NCBI GenBank assembly: GCA_051362555.1
Contig: CM120649.1
Span: forward strand, 16,196,567 to 16,260,566
Reading direction: 5' to 3'
Length of the DNA: 64,000 nucleotides
Source: Lingula anatina
Lineage: Eukaryota; Animalia; Brachiopoda
Under the pieces are notes generated by a model, which saw only the letters and a program-made list of their open reading frames with translations, was not told where the DNA came from and did no database searches. Below, piece by piece: positions 1 through 15,055 of the stretch (its first letter is position 1; each line of letters begins with the position of its first letter). Made by a program: the position numbers and the translations under genes.

Positions 1-3000
1 CGACAAGTCCCTCCATTGTCAACTTTTACTCCCTTGGTGACAAGTCTTCTGGAAGTGAACCAAAGGAATAAAACGTCAAATTACAATGGCGGTTGCCGCT
101 TTTGAACTGCACAAACCGGTTGAACACAAGCCTAGTTTCTGATATCAATGGGCGTGAATCATCTAGAGTCGGTTTGTGAATGTCATCTAGCAATATTTTA
201 TTTTTATTTTTATTATTTTTTTTCTACAAGTAATTTCATGTCTGGGGATTCATCAATCGTCATTCATATCACCCAAGAGTAATATTATATCACAATTTTA
301 CTTTTTTTTGTGCAATGGATCACCATTTCTATACCAAGTGCATTAGCCCCTGCTGACCTGGAAAACAGTGTTTTTACTTTGGGAATTAAGCAGCACTTAA
401 TAGGTGTTAATTGTGTGTGTGTGAGTGTGCGTTTAAGGTGGATCTCAGAGATATGCATTTTGGTGGCATTTACAGATTTGTTCTTAAAAATTTTGGTATG
501 ACAGCTCAGAAAGTTGCTAGGTGTGTTGTGAAATGTGGGGGTAGGTGTAGGATATGTGGGAGTTCCTCGTAAGTCGTAATTAAGCATTTTATACTCTATG
601 TGCAAAGTTTGGGAGGTGCATGCAAACAAATATTTGTTCTCTTTATAATTTATCCTTTAGATATAATCCTGAGCATAACCCAAATCTAATACTGATTTAT
701 CTTTATCTTCTCTAAAAGGTGCAAATAGGTCATGAGTACTAGTAATTGGAGATTGTTCATTTTGTAAACATTGTTTTGGTATCTAGATAAGTAAATGATT
801 TAGGTCCGTTTGCCATGTCCTTGTTGAGGACCAAGGTTAAGCCAGTTATTAACCAAGTATGGAGATATGTGCCTGATTTACAGTGCTTTGCATACATGTA
901 TAAGTGACTGGACAATGATTCTAGATTACTGATAGCATATCATTGAACAGATTCAGTGATAAATACATGCCCTGCATTTTTCTTCTGTTTCTTTCAGCAA
1001 TAACTCTGTATGTGGAAAGAATATTTTATTTCTGGGGTAGCCCTAACACTTGCCAATTTAGCAGAATGCTAAAACTGACTTAAGTTGGCTAAACAAAAAC
1101 TAGTTGATTTGACTTGTTTTAGTTGAATTTAAACCATTTGGAGAAAAAAAGTGATGAAAAAGTAGTGATTTGGCAAAGAGAAAAAAATTGCCAACACTGC
1201 CCTAGTATTCATAAATTTATTTTTATAACAGACTCAGTAGTCTATAATTTTTTCAATGGGTCATTATTCATTAATGCGAGCAACCAGTTGGGGTACAAAC
1301 ATTATAGAAGTCATTGTATTTATGACCTGTTGTGTTATGTAGTAATAGCAATACAATAACAACCAAAAACAATAGGGATGTGAACTGAAAATTGCATCTA
1401 GAATGAGAGCAAATGTGTATATTTGACAGCTTTGTTGCCACCCAAGTTGTAGATCTGACTGGTTCTAGTATAAAAATTTAATTCTTCTCTTGCTGAAAAT
1501 TGAATTTCTGGTCAGAAGAGTATCAGGAAAAAACTCCATCCTCTAGTTTCATGGATTACATTAGTCATTATATTGGTATGCCTAGCAGTGACTTTGGAAT
1601 CAAAGCAGAAATGGAAAAAAGCTCCATTCCTGGATTTTGTAGATTACTTATAGATTGTATTTGAGGTCCTAAGGGGTTGAAAGGCATTCTGTTTGAACCC
1701 TGATACAGATGACAGCCTGGAAGTCTGCTCTGGAGGAAGCTCTGTGGTTGAGTCATCCATTTCCCCGAGTGCATTACTCTGCTAAATCATGTTTGCATGA
1801 GGTTCCTCTAAAATGTAAAGCTATTAAAATGCTGCATTCCACTCCTCTACCCCCCTCCACACACGCATGTGCGCATGCACACACACACACACATGCGTGC
1901 ACTCATGCACACATACACACACATCTTCTTACAGTCCAATGTCAAGTAATCCTGACCCTTTTCTGAACATATTGATGAAATTTGTGCCCTTGACCTTGCA
2001 ATAGGTTGTAAGTATATATTTTAACCCATGTCTGGGATTAAAATTATAAAAGCTGAAATGATAATGGATGTTTGTGATTGTTACCGGAGGCTGATGAGTG
2101 CATTACATTCCCATCACCGTATTGTATAGTGAGATATCTGGCAGGTGGTCAGAAGATAGGATCATTTGATTATCACTGGTGTAATGGGCCATTCCATTCA
2201 TTATTCATTACTCTCAGTGATATAGCAGATTGTTTGGGTGCTGTGTTTTTGCTGTTTTGTCATTCTCTCTCTCTCTCTCTCTCTCTCAGTATGTGTGAGA
2301 GTGAGAGATCTTAGAGAGATCATTTTATAATGCAGTTCCATATATAAGATACTTAACCTGCACAAATATGTGAATCATCCTACGCCGACTTTATATGATG
2401 GCCAAAGGGTAGGAAGATGGTTTGGGGGGAACAGTTAAAAGTGATCGCTAGCAGCAGTAATTCATTTGCTGCAGGGAGCTCAGAACTATTAAATTACTGA
2501 TATATATATATATATATATATAATATGGCAACAGGGGTGCGGTATATACCAGGTTACCTCGGGACACTAAGGCTGTATTCTGAAGTGAGATAACTCAAGA
2601 CTGAAAATGTACAGCTCTCAGGGATCAATCTGTTTGACAATTTTTATTTAGATCTTCAGATTGAAAATTAGGTTAGACTTTTACACCATTATCAGAGAAA
2701 TAAAGAAAATAGTGTCTAGTAAATATTAGTTGATAAGGAATTTTTGATATCTTGGAAGTTGACTTGGAAAGAGAAGGAACATGATACAGCAGTCTCAAAA
2801 TACGGTGAAAGGTTAATCATCTGCACAGATGGCCATATAAAAAAGAACTCATTTAGTCTGTCAAAGATAAAGTCACCTGTTCAATGATGAAGCCACATTG
2901 TCCTGCAAGACAAAGATAAAACAGCAGCCCATCAGCCATGGAAATTACAGCGACAGTTATTAACGAAAATGACCAGATTGACCTTTGAAGGAAATTACCA

Positions 3001-3910
3001 ATCTTGGAGAAATAAACAATCTGCTTCATTATTGACAACAAAGGCATGATCTAGGTAATTTAATGTGTTGGTCACTGCTAGAGATAACAGACACATTGAG
3101 TGGCAATGTGATTGATCAGCTGACACTAACATCCTATTGTCAAGGCAAATGAGTCTTGTGTTAGAGAGGCAATCGTATCAGATAGTGGCTGATTGGGTTT
3201 TATTGACCCGCTGATGGGTTAGCATTGGTGCTAGTAATGTATGAATATAATGTTTTAACATGTGTTTAGTGATTCGAGAAAGCTTATCCGTCAGAGAACC
3301 AGAGTTCACTCATTCTCCTAGCAGTTTCTGTGGTGTTGGATGTTCTAGTAAGGTAGGACTTCTGGTAGATCCCAGATGGAGGGGGGGGGGGGGTGCAGTC
3401 AAAATTTTCTAAGGCATAACAGGGTTTTTCAACATATTTTCTCTAAAGGCAGTTACAAAAATATTCTTTTTGTTTATTCCTATGTGGAGTGTGATATTTT
3501 CTGCCTTTTAAAGGACCTTGATTAATTACATAATTAAGGAATTATAATTTATACCACAAAATTACAGTATCTTTTCAGGGATCTTCATATTAGCGAGAGA
3601 AACTAAGCCTTTATGCGAATTTTTGCATTTTTAAAAAGGTCAATTCTGTAGACACCCACAGATCTGGTATTTAAAAGAAAAGAGAGGATGGGTCAACTTA
3701 TTCTCTTTTTTCTCTGAAATGATGTAATCGTCCATGGAAATATATGCCACCCTATTTATTCCTATGATTAGTCATGTAATTGAGGCAAGAAGAAGGATGT
3801 GCTGTTACAATGGGGGCAGTGATTCAGTCATGTGTTATGTCACCAAGGCCACAACAAGTGTCTGTTCAGCTACAACTGTTCAAAGACTGAACCCAGGAAG
3901 AAGAAACATT

Positions 3911-4125
3911 GGCTCTGTTCTCACAACTTTTAGATCGATCTATCACCGCCGGGAGTCTCACTAGATTACTGTCAGATAATCCCTCTTAAGTGTCCGTCCC
4001 CGCCTACTACAAGCTTTAAGGGGTAATTAACTTTCGTGTCCGCCCGGCTGACAGCTATTTAGCGTGAACCCCCAGGGAGTTAGGTCGATCCAATGTAGGT
4101 CGATCTAATCTATGAGAATGGGGTG
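3911..4125. mobile_element. Hairpin MITE family A (PIF/Harbinger-like), copy 1
   Basis: 215 bp with imperfect TIRs containing TAGATCGATC and an ATT 3-bp flanking duplication. Near-identical internal sequence recurs in reverse orientation at 28433-28647 and 39508-39718. Confidence 0.8.
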
Positions 4126-4936
4126 ATTGATTGCAATCATCATCTGGTGCACGGTCTGGTTCATGGTGTGGTGCCTTTGTCACCTCCATCCAAGGTCATT
4201 TTGCTGACAGATTAATTGCAATCAGTCAGTCTACTGCATAGGATGAAATTGTTGTAGTTGAGGTGTAGTTGGACACGGCCAAATTTACAGGTGAAAGAGG
4301 ACACAGGAGAGGAGAGAAAGCTGGGGAGGTATACCACAAAGTGTTGGTTTGTCACAGGTATTTCCTTAACTTCTATGAGCTAAGAACCACCTCTTGTTTG
4401 TTTACAGGGAGGAATCTTTTAGATAGCATTGGATAAGGTGCGGAATTTTCTTTAGAACCGTTTTGAAACGGGTAAGTTAAGCTGTGAAAGCACAGAAGGT
4501 TAACCTGTTTCAGTATTTAATTAAATAGCATTCACTGTTGCCTTCTCTGTGTTATAAAACCTTTACTTCTACAGTTGTTTGTGAATGTAGGGAATAGTAG
4601 GAACCTGCTTTGGTATGTGGTAAGAAGTCCTTGAATGTGTGTTATTTTCTGACTGGCAGCATTGCATGCCAACATTTGCTTTGATAAAGTTACCCTGTAT
4701 TATATCTCAAGATTAGAATTTAAGTATCATTTTCACAGGATCAGTTTCTATGGTAAAAACACATTTTTGGCTCCCAATTCTATTTTCCTCTAGTTTCTGA
4801 GGACAACAGGAAATAGTTTTAAAACTTATTTCTGGGATATTATTTATAACTCCTGGCAGTGGAATTTGTTTGCATGACTTCCTCTTTACATCGCCTACAT
4901 TCAGCTTGGTTTTAACCAAAGTCATTATTTCACTAA

Positions 4937-5195
4937 GGCTTCGTTCACATGCAATGTCTATTTTCTATTTTCTATTTTCTATTTTCGGTATGTCTTATGA
5001 TCACGGTCTGTGCACTGAATATCCCGCGGCGTAATTACTGGCAGCGCGAGCCAGTTACTATAAGTTACTATAAGTAACTGGCTCGCGCTGCCAGTAATTA
5101 CGCGGCGGGATATTCAGTGCACAGACCGTGATCATAAGACATACCGAAAATAGAAAATAGAAAATAGAAAATAGACATTGCATGTGAACGAAGCC
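4937..5195. mobile_element. Near-perfect 259-bp palindromic MITE (Tourist/Harbinger-like)
   Basis: Begins GGCTTCGTTCACATG and ends CATGTGAACGAAGCC, with TAA on both sides. The arms are complementary almost to the centre and carry (TATTTTC)n/(GAAAATA)n. A diverged half-copy lies at about 42907-43030. Confidence 0.9.
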
Positions 5196-5333
5196 TAACT
5201 CCAGGATGCAAACACTTGTGTGACAAAGATACAGTTTCACAAAATAGTTAATAAGTCTCTGTTTTAAGACAGAAAATATTCGTCGGCCTTATCAGGCTAA
5301 ACCAGTAGTTTTCTGTACATTGACATTTAACTT

Positions 5334-5381
<48 letters not shown>

Positions 5382-6730
5382 GTGTGTGTGTGTGTGTGCG
5401 TGTGTGTGCTTGAGTTAACTAGTCATTTCTGTCATAGAATTTCATGTCCAGTTCTGTGTTTAGTGCACCCAATGTAACAGGGTCTGCAGACTAAATATGA
5501 TGTTATTGTTTAGTCTTGTTCACTGGAGCTTTAATGACAGACAATGTAATGTTAGCTAAGGAATCCCCTCATGTAGTGGAATCTCACTCCTCAAAATTGA
5601 TGTTGGGCCACAGGGTTTAGAATTACAAGGATGTTTTCTTACTTTGTTTCTGTCATCTTTCTTGTATTCATTCTTCTATTTGTCTTTCTTTCTTTCTTTC
5701 TTTCTTTGTTTCTTTCTAAGACTTGGCAGCCAGAAGCAGGTGTGCCTAAATGAACAGAGTTAAAACGTAGACTGAAATCTTGGCTATAAACTAGTATATA
5801 CTGTACAAAATGTGGAATGGTGGCATTCATGTTCTGATGAGTAAGCCTGTGTTAGCAGGTGTATGTGTAACCTTTATATGAATGTTTGGTATTTTGTATG
5901 AGGCAGTGGTAGTCAATACTGGGGTGGGTTGAGATCGAATTGAGGTCATGTAAAATGAAGTCAGCTGGTGTTTTATTGTGTGTGTGTGTGTGTGTGCGCG
6001 CGCGCGCGCTTGCATGCACGCATGTGTCTAAGGGTACATATTGACACCATACTTGTAGATACAAGAACAGGTTTGTCAAATCGGTACTAGTATCATTCTT
6101 TAGTTATAAATAATGTGTGTTTTGTTTGTATGCCTCTGGTAACAGATCTCTTCTAACAGAAACTGAGTCCTAATGTACTGTACTTAACATGTCACAGCTG
6201 TGAGTCAGGGAAGTCCATTGATATGTATCAGGACTTTAGAAATTGTCAGTTATGCAGGATGCAATTAGACAGAAAAGCAGAGATTTTGCTCAGTACATTA
6301 TTGTCTCACAAGCTCAGAGTTATAATAAGAACTATGTAGAACTGTGGCACGGGAACTTACATAAGCAACTGACTGACCTTGTGTTCTCATGCTTAGACCT
6401 CAGCAAATGTGGTATCAGAGAAACTTTTTTCTTCGGAGGGGGGGGGGGATGTGGAAAATACAACACCGAACAAGAAAGAAAGAATCTTTTCAGTACAGTA
6501 ATCAGAGATTTGGAGTTTTTAGAAAACGAAAATGAACCAAGTACATTACTTATCAAGTATAATGATTTATGTAGAGGGAGATTTGTAAATCTGTTCTAGA
6601 AATGAGTAAATGCACTTAAGCGCCTTTAAATAATGTAACTTTTGAAAAAGATTTTGTCATTGACAGATAAATTTATCATAACAAATTGTTAATCAAATTC
6701 TGTGGTGTTTCAGGTTCCAGTGATGAAATT

Positions 6731-8305
6731 ATGAAACCAAAGATGGCGGAGGAAGTGATGGTCATCGCTAAGTATGACTACCAGGCCCAGGACGGCCAAG
6801 AATTGGATATAAAAAAGAACGAGAAATTGATTCTCCTTGACGACAGCAAAACATGGTGGAAAGTACAAAACGCTCGCAACCAGGCTGGATTTGTACCGTC
6901 AAATTATGTCAAACGTATCAAACCCTCAATATTCTCAAGCTTAAAAAATACGCTAGGAAGGAAGAAAAATAGCGACTCTAAAGCACTGTCGTACACGTCG
7001 TCCCCGAGCGCGACAGTGAAGGCCTCCCATAGTGACACTAGTGAACAGGGTAGCATTGGCAGTGAGACACAGTTCTGTGATAACATACCGGCCATTGTGA
7101 AGTACGCCTACCCCTCCAGACAGTCCGATGAAATGTCTCTCGTTAAGGGAGAAAAGGTCATTGTTTTGGAGAAATCCAGCGATGGATGGTGGAAGGGACG
7201 AAAGATGACAGGAGAGACCGGCTGGTTTCCGTCGAACTATGTCATTGAGACAGAGGACCCAGATATAAGTGTTTATACCACGCCGGCTGATATGTCGTCA
7301 GAAAACACATCACAGACTGTCTTGGATGTGGTTATTACATTGTATCAGTACAAAGGAACCAGCAGCGATGAATTAACATTTGACAAAGAAGAGCGATTGG
7401 AGATAATCGAAAGGCCTCAGAATGATCCGGAGTGGTGGCGGGCGCGAAATGCACGTGGAGACATCGGACTTGTGCCAAAGAACTATGTTCAAGTGATCAC
7501 GAATTCCACTTTTGATAGCCAACAGCCAAACGGAACAACAATGTCGCTGGAGGAGTCTCATGCCAGTAGCAGTTCAGCCACCGATTCAGCGGAGTCAGAC
7601 TATCGCAGGAGCCATTTTAATGTGTCAGGCCCCCTGGTGGACAAGGAATGGTTCTATGGGCGGATATCACGGCATGCGTGTGATGATTTACTAAACGAGC
7701 ATGCACAGAATGGAGATTTTGTAATTAGAGAGAGTGAATCAAACGTAAGACAATGACTTATGCTTTACTTTAGAAGTTAATCTTGAAATTTGGGTTTTTT
7801 TTAATAATCTGGTAATTTCAAGTCCTTTTGTAGCTGGAAACTATTTTTAAGGCATCAACTTTTTAAGGAACAAAGTGATCTGTAAGTCATCATCTTTGTT
7901 TGCAAAACAGGTGACACATACTTTTTCCTTAGATCACAAACTAAAAGATCTGCAGACTTGTTTCTATTGTAAAATGCCACTGGTCTCTTAACTTCCCAAG
8001 CATTGTATTTTTTTTTTCAGTCACTCAAAGTCTTTTTATTTTTTTTCCCAATATTTAAAAAATGAAACACTGAGACACAATGTTTAATTTTGCAATTCCA
8101 GGTGGGTGATTACACCGTGACCTTGAAAGCCCCAAACAGAAACAAGCACTTCCGCGTCCAGATGAAGGACAACATGTTCTGTATCGGCACCCAGCAGTTC
8201 CAATCCCTTGACGACCTAGTGGAGCATTATAAACGCCACCCAATATACAGGCACGATAACGAGAAACTCTACTTAGTCAGGTCGTTTGTGTACACGGGAC
8301 AGTGA
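6731..8305 (+). CDS. NCK: Nck adaptor protein (3 SH3 + SH2), about 405 aa
   Basis: Exons 6731-7744 and 8102-8305 (GT-AG, phase 0). [13 protein letters not shown] start, three SH3 domains (WW...G.[VF]P.NYV) and an SH2 domain WFYGRISR...[10 protein letters not shown]|VGDYTVTLK. The start could instead be ATG 6743. Confidence 0.96.
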
Positions 8306-11300
8306 GGTTGAGATGCACGCACGTGCGTGCATGTGCAGTTTGATATTGTTAGGAGAGAGAGAGAGGATGCAATGCAGGGGTATACAAGATAAGGACAACT
8401 GTTAAATAAGCAGAACTATTTTGATTTGCAGGACATAGAGAAAGGAGCAAATGCACGGGTGCAATGTTTGTAACTTTTACTAAGTAAACATATTTGCAGG
8501 CAATTGTTTAATGATGAAAACATAGCTCACATGCCTAATTATGGCCTGTATTGGGACCCCAAACACGGGTTGGCCCATTCAGAAGCATGTTCGCAAAGGG
8601 AGCTTAGCAAGCACATGCGCATTAAGTCACTGAGTACTTATTCTGGGACATTCACGGATATATGTTAATTTGGACGCGAGGCCTTCCAAGACTAACATCC
8701 AGACACACGTGGCTTGCTGCAATGCTGGCTCTATTCTCATGTGCACAGCATGTTTACGACAATAGTGAAGTGGCATGCATTCACATGCACATATCTATAC
8801 TTCGACTTATACCACTACTAATTCGCACTTTCCTGAAACGAGCGCTACTTGCTAATACAAGGGACTTCAGGCAGGAAAATGGCGTACTGAGGTCCCATTC
8901 TTGATCAATAACTATCAGTTCAGTAACTCCTATGTGTATGGGTGTGTAAAGGGAGTCTTTGTGAAGTGAGAAGCTATTTCAGTGAAATACTGTCATCTCT
9001 GCTTCAGTTAGTTACTACAGGAAAAGTGATTTCGATGGCAGTTACCCAGTAAATATGCACAGATTCAGTCATTGATAATACCACTTTCTGTAGTGGAAGG
9101 GAGAAGAAATCAGTCCCCAATTTATTATAAACTAATAAAATAAGTTTTGACTGTTGGAATGGGCTGCACAATAGCATGTGCATGTATGCAGGAGCTAGGA
9201 GAACTCGCTTCGCACATGCAGGTACAAGATTAGCACAGGGTATAGAATAATGAGAAATCAGAGTATTTGACAGTTGCTTTTTTGAAACAGTATTCCAGTT
9301 CAAAAACTACAGACTTTGTTGAATTCTGCTCTGCAGAAAGAAAATTTTAGTCCACGGCATAATTATGATTCAAATGTTGTCAAGTGGAAAGTGCATTTGT
9401 GACTAAGTGCTCACATCTTATTTCATTTGTTCATTTAGTTAATTGTTTTTTATTTAAAGCTCACACAAGGGTTAAACCGTTAGCACGTCTTCACTTTTAA
9501 AATTAAGGATATTACTATTCAGCTCTTAGTGGTATTAAGTGATGGAAAAACAAAACTTGAGAACCTTCTATTTCTTAGTGAGTTTGCTAAGATCATGTTA
9601 ATGCCACGCAGAAGCTGCACATTGATATTCATTTGCTTCAAGATTAATCATGTCTATTTCCTTAATGTGTTCACAGGTAAGGGAACAACGCCTTGAGATA
9701 ATCTGTCAGTAACCTTTATTTTATTAATTTATTAGCTTGGGATTTGAGAAAGGTGCCTAAACATGTTCATCCACAGAGATGCAGTAGACTCCATGTCACC
9801 TTGTAACTTGTATTTTTGTTTATTTTGAAAATATCAAGCTAAAACTGGCTGAAACTTATTTGAAAATTGCCTATTTGAATCATTGTATAACTTGAGCAGA
9901 TTTTTTTGTCCCAAATGTCAGATAAATGTGGAGTCTAATGTATATCTTTTGCCAGCTTATATCCTTTCTTGTATTTCCCTTATTACCCAGTGCTATTTCA
10001 TATACTTATGATGAGGTCACATATCAAATGCAGTATTACTTGTTTAGTGACATTATCAGGAATATGCCTTTCAAAACTTGGAGTGTTCAGAAAGGTGAAC
10101 AAGCTGCCCAAAACTATAGTCAAAAATTAGGTCATTTCTGTAATTATCTGGGGAATGATGATTCACTTTTGTGACAGATGGGGTTTCCATTATGAACATC
10201 TTCCTTCTTTTCCCTTGCCGAAAACAATTTATATTTTGTCCTTTATAACTGTTACCCAACAAAAATCAGATTTTTATTTTACTTGTAAACTGTAAAACAT
10301 GCCATATATTCTTTGTGTTACTTCAATTCCAAATGCATTATTCGCTAATTGGTGAAAGAAAAGTGCATTCTTATAATCTGATAAAAATATTTGTATATGT
10401 ACAAGGAAATGTCAAATCATCCGTGGAAGCGTCTTCTCTCACCAGGAAGTTGCTGAGTTCTAAAAAGCAATTTTTTTTTTAAGTTAGATCACATGACCCA
10501 ATGTCATCCATCTTGGTGAGAGCCAGTAGGATTTCTCTTTGGATGCTGCAGCGGTTAATAAACATGGAAGAAAATAATAATAATAAATAGGAATTGAGGA
10601 ATTGTAATTCTTGAACTCGACGGGTGGAACTGGGGTAAAAATTTCCACGGGTTATCTGTCGTATTGTGAAATTAATGATCACTTGCTTGTGAAAAACTAA
10701 AAGTTAAGGTGTCTGGCTGGACCGACTGAGCTACGTTAGTATGAGAGCTTATTGATATAAATCTATAGATTAAAATATCGAATGTACATCTGTAAAGTAG
10801 AATTTAGAAAAGTTGCACTGGGCAAAAGCCGCCAACGTGATAGAGCTGTGTACAGACTCGGTGCAGCAAATTTATTTAAGTTACCTTTGAAAAAAGACAG
10901 TTATTTGTTCAGAAATGTTATTATCACGATTTTTGTATTATTTCATGCAGTTTCATTGCAGCTTAATCGTGAACTTATTCTCTCTTCACACGCCACAGAT
11001 TTTTCACTGTGTGAACACAGAGAGAATCAGGTGCGGAGCGGGCTAGCTCTCACAATGATTGTGTAAACACGGCGAAATATTACTTTTAAGTCATTGGATC
11101 TTATTGGTTACCAGATCATCATGTAAAGCCAATCAAATACAAGCTTACAAGCCTTAATCAAGTCTTCGTGTTGTGATTTATTATTATCATTGCGTGTCAG
11201 GTACATAATGTAGTTGCATAATTTTGGATGCGCAAAATGCATTTGAGCACACCAAACACAATGTCATCAATTTTCTCATTTGACAGACATAACCGACCCT

Positions 11301-13371
11301 TCCGAGGGTTATAACCATTTATGTCAAGAATTTTTAACCATTTATATACAACTTTACATTCAATAAAAGAAGTTCGTTTCATTTGAAGTGGATGCACCAA
11401 ATATTTCAATCGTGCGTTGAAAATTAACAACTGAACATTAAAACCTACTCGAATAGGAAACAGTACCCGCACTTCAAAAAAATCTAAAATGTTAAAGGTT
11501 TCTCAAAAAGTGAAAAAAAGCTCTACAGAAATGTAGTTCTTGTCCTAAACTTGGGAAAAGAATAGATACCTTTCCAGCCTATGTTCCGTCAGACTACAGA
11601 CAGTCTTCACTTTGGAAGGGCGCTGTGGTAGATGTGACAGGCCTAGCGCCAACAGTCGCACTCACTGGCGCAGGTGCGCCCCCCCCCCCCCCCCCAAAAA
11701 AAAAAAAAAAAAAAAAAAATTGCGACAAGTAAGATCGACAATTAATTAATAAATTAACAAAGAACAAATTAATTAAATTTAATTAAAATATACAAAGCAT
11801 TTTAAAAGAAAGAAGAGGCGGGGAAATACAGAAAGCATTAAGTGTTTTGACAAAGAAGTGGCGAAAATCGTGTTAATTATACCAAATGCTAAGAACTCCC
11901 AAGAACAAGATTTAAAGCCTTGACTATAGTAGGTCTCAGGTTAGAATTTTCCAGTTAAGTTGGGATGCCCAAGCTTTATACGACTGTCTGAATACATACG
12001 GTTAGCTCCTGAGGAAGGACATTTAATAACACAGGGTTTACGTTAATTACACGGGATGCGCTCCTTGTGGTGAGCTAATCGTAATCATAATGCCCACCAA
12101 GGTGGGTTTAAGTACCGGCGATCGATTTCCAGTGAAAACAAGTCCGAGATTTACTATGTGATTAATTATAAGATAAGGGTGACTTATAACGTATCCAATA
12201 CTCTTCTATATACTCTCTTACCAAAGGGTGAGCTAGTAGTCTGTTACCAAATTGTTGTATGACACACACTGTAATTTTGTATACTATTTTAATAGCCCCT
12301 GATATGCGAGAAGAACTCTTCTTTTATCCCTAGCTCTAATAGTCAGTGCAATTCTTATCGGTCTACTGGTCGTCATGCATCAAAGTTTGTCATCTTTGTG
12401 GTCTGAACTACACGTACACACGTTTAACCATATGGTCACGAACAGCGAATTTACATTTACACTGTTCACTGTGATTATTTTCTGTTAGTTTAATACCACG
12501 CGCATACATATACGTTTGTGTACACGTACACGCGTGACAGGAATGGCAGTCCGCTATCGAACCGTAGTTGTAAAGACCTTCTCTACAACTTCTTGGTTCC
12601 CCATTACTTTATACGGGTGACATTCGTCCCATATACTAACCTCAATACTCCGCCTGACTCTAACCTGTACTAATCGTATGGAACCCCGGACTTCCATTCC
12701 TAGGACTACCATTCCTGTCTCACCTGTAATAAAGACCTTGGCGTGGCCTTACACAGACTTGTGAGCACTGGCAAGTTCGCTCAAAAATGAAATATTCCTT
12801 TTTTTCTACTCCACGCTACTTCACTGTTGCTTGATTCCAGCGTTACTAGTCCAAACAATATACTGTTTATGCTCTGGCAAAATTGCAACAGAATTAAGAT
12901 AAGACAAAGAAAGTGTTACAGTAATTATATAATTAATTGGCAATGATACATAGGATGAAATAACAAAATACAATGCAATAGGAATCCTTTCAACACAGTT
13001 CATTTTCTCAATATCTCCTAGTCAGCATATAAAAGTTACAAGACATTATTCCATGCATGGGACACATGAAATATCCAGATACATGTAGTTGATATCTGAC
13101 TTAGTAAATCATCTGAAATAAATCATACCTTGAAGCCAATAATAGTTGAAATTGCCGTTTCTTAGACCCCCTTCCCATACCTAGAACGATCTGTTTTACC
13201 ATATGGCTGTCGACGTTGTTCTCATTATTATACAGTGTTGCACATTTGGATGGAAACTGTCAACCATAGTTCATGCTAATTTGCCAGTGCCCCGATTTGT
13301 TGGGACTTTTGATGTAATATTTTGGACCCCCCCCCCCCAAAAAAAAAAAAAAAAAAAAAAATCTGTTACAA

Positions 13372-14061
13372 TTATTTTTCGCTCATCTCCACCTCCGAGA
13401 CACTACACTCATAGTTTGAATCGCTGACGATAAGATCTAAATAAAGCTCATATAAAGATAGCCCCGGTGTTGTAGCGGCACATGGCTCAGTTTGGCGCCG
13501 GTGTCTGTGTCTATGCGCATGCGCATTCTTCTGGAAGCTGACAGCAGTGCTGTTGTCGTTAGGGTCATGGTCGGCGACTGCTGAAATATGGGATAATACA
13601 AAAAACTGATGTACGGTATATAACATAATGTTTTCTTTCTACAGCGACATGGTTGATCCTTCGATGGAAGTTTATTTATTTATTTATTTATTTTATTTTA
13701 TTTCTTTATTTTTTGTTTTTGATTGGACGAAGAAAAAATGTGTATTTTTGTGTCATGTCACCCACAACACTCGCATACCAGATTTTTGAGCGGTCAAAAG
13801 TTCTGTGCGCCTTAGTTAAGTCTCATTAGAAAAAGAAACTCGTACCATGCCGTTTTTTCCTTGTAGTTCCAGCCGTGAAGTCCGGCCGAGCCGTTCTAGT
13901 TGTACTGCACCGATTGTTAGTACAAGTCCACACCGGGACAGATCCTATAGCGTAATCGAGGGTGAACAGGCAAAACTGCAGAACCACTGGCTGAAATAAA
14001 TATAACAGTATGGTTTTTATTGCACTAGGTGAGGGATTATATACGTGCCCTAACATGAACA

Positions 14062-14101
<40 letters not shown>

Positions 14102-14621
14102 CCCTAACCTGTACTACCCTCTACCAGGGTGACATTTATATTGGGAAAAATAGGAAAAGCCAGAGGTAGTAAAATGGCCGTCTATTTATCTAAAGACATA
14201 TCTGTGAATATCCTGTGAAAAGTCAATCTGTGGACCTGGTAGAGGGTAAGCCTCTACTAATCATATGGGCCCCCAGACTTCTGTTCCTTAGACTACCATT
14301 TTTGTCACATCGGGCTAAATGCTATTTTCTTACCCTGAGAAACTCAATATCTTTCTCGTCCAGGTTCGAGTTGCTGATTCCAACACAGTCGAGACTTTTG
14401 AAGTAGCAGTCGGACTCCGCCTGGCAGGTCTGGCCGGCCACTGCAACAATATCTAATATTACTTGTTTAGAACATTTCGACAATTGAGGTAATGTCAAAT
14501 TCGGTTAATGTCTTTCCTTTCCTAAAAATCCATACAATTGATGAAAGCTTATGGAATGCAAAGAAAATTTGTACAGTATATAGAGATATTCAAGCCAAAA
14601 ACGAGCAGTTCGCTAGGCATC

Positions 14622-14670
<49 letters not shown>

Positions 14671-14918
14671 CTTACCAGCTATACATGTCGCTCCAGTGGC
14701 GTTGACAACAGTGGTTGTCCCTGGTGGGCAAAGGCACACATACGGGGTTTGCAAGAATATTAAGAAGGCATAGTTCAGAGTGCAAATAGTAGCGTCTGCG
14801 CATGCGTACGTAGTGCCGAATACTCTGTTCTCGGGGACAGTGCATGGCTGGAATAAGCCGGGCCCAGCAAAATCACCCATCACCGCTGTCCACGGCTATC
14901 TGATGCACTGTCTCTGGG
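13372..14918 (-). CDS. Cys-rich orphan protein, probably secreted; 5' end disrupted or unresolved
   Basis: Four phase-compatible GT-AG exons: 14918-14676, 14440-14334, 13990-13846 and 13580-13372. EGF/EB-like Cys spacing ([18 protein letters not shown]) and basic sites RKKR and RHRR. In-frame TAG at 14898-14896; no clean ATG exon found. Confidence 0.6.
14117..14246. mobile_element. Small MITE with TIR CCCTCTACCAGG and TA target duplication
   Basis: ta|CCCTCTACCAGG...CCTGGTAGAGGG|ta. A partial copy lies at about 43044-43122. It sits inside another repeat that recurs uninterrupted at about 12660-12720. Confidence 0.75.
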
Positions 14919-14986
14919 CTGCCAAGAAGTGAATATATATATATATATATACATGTACATATACATTATATATGCAATGTTACAAA

Positions 14987-15055
<69 letters not shown>

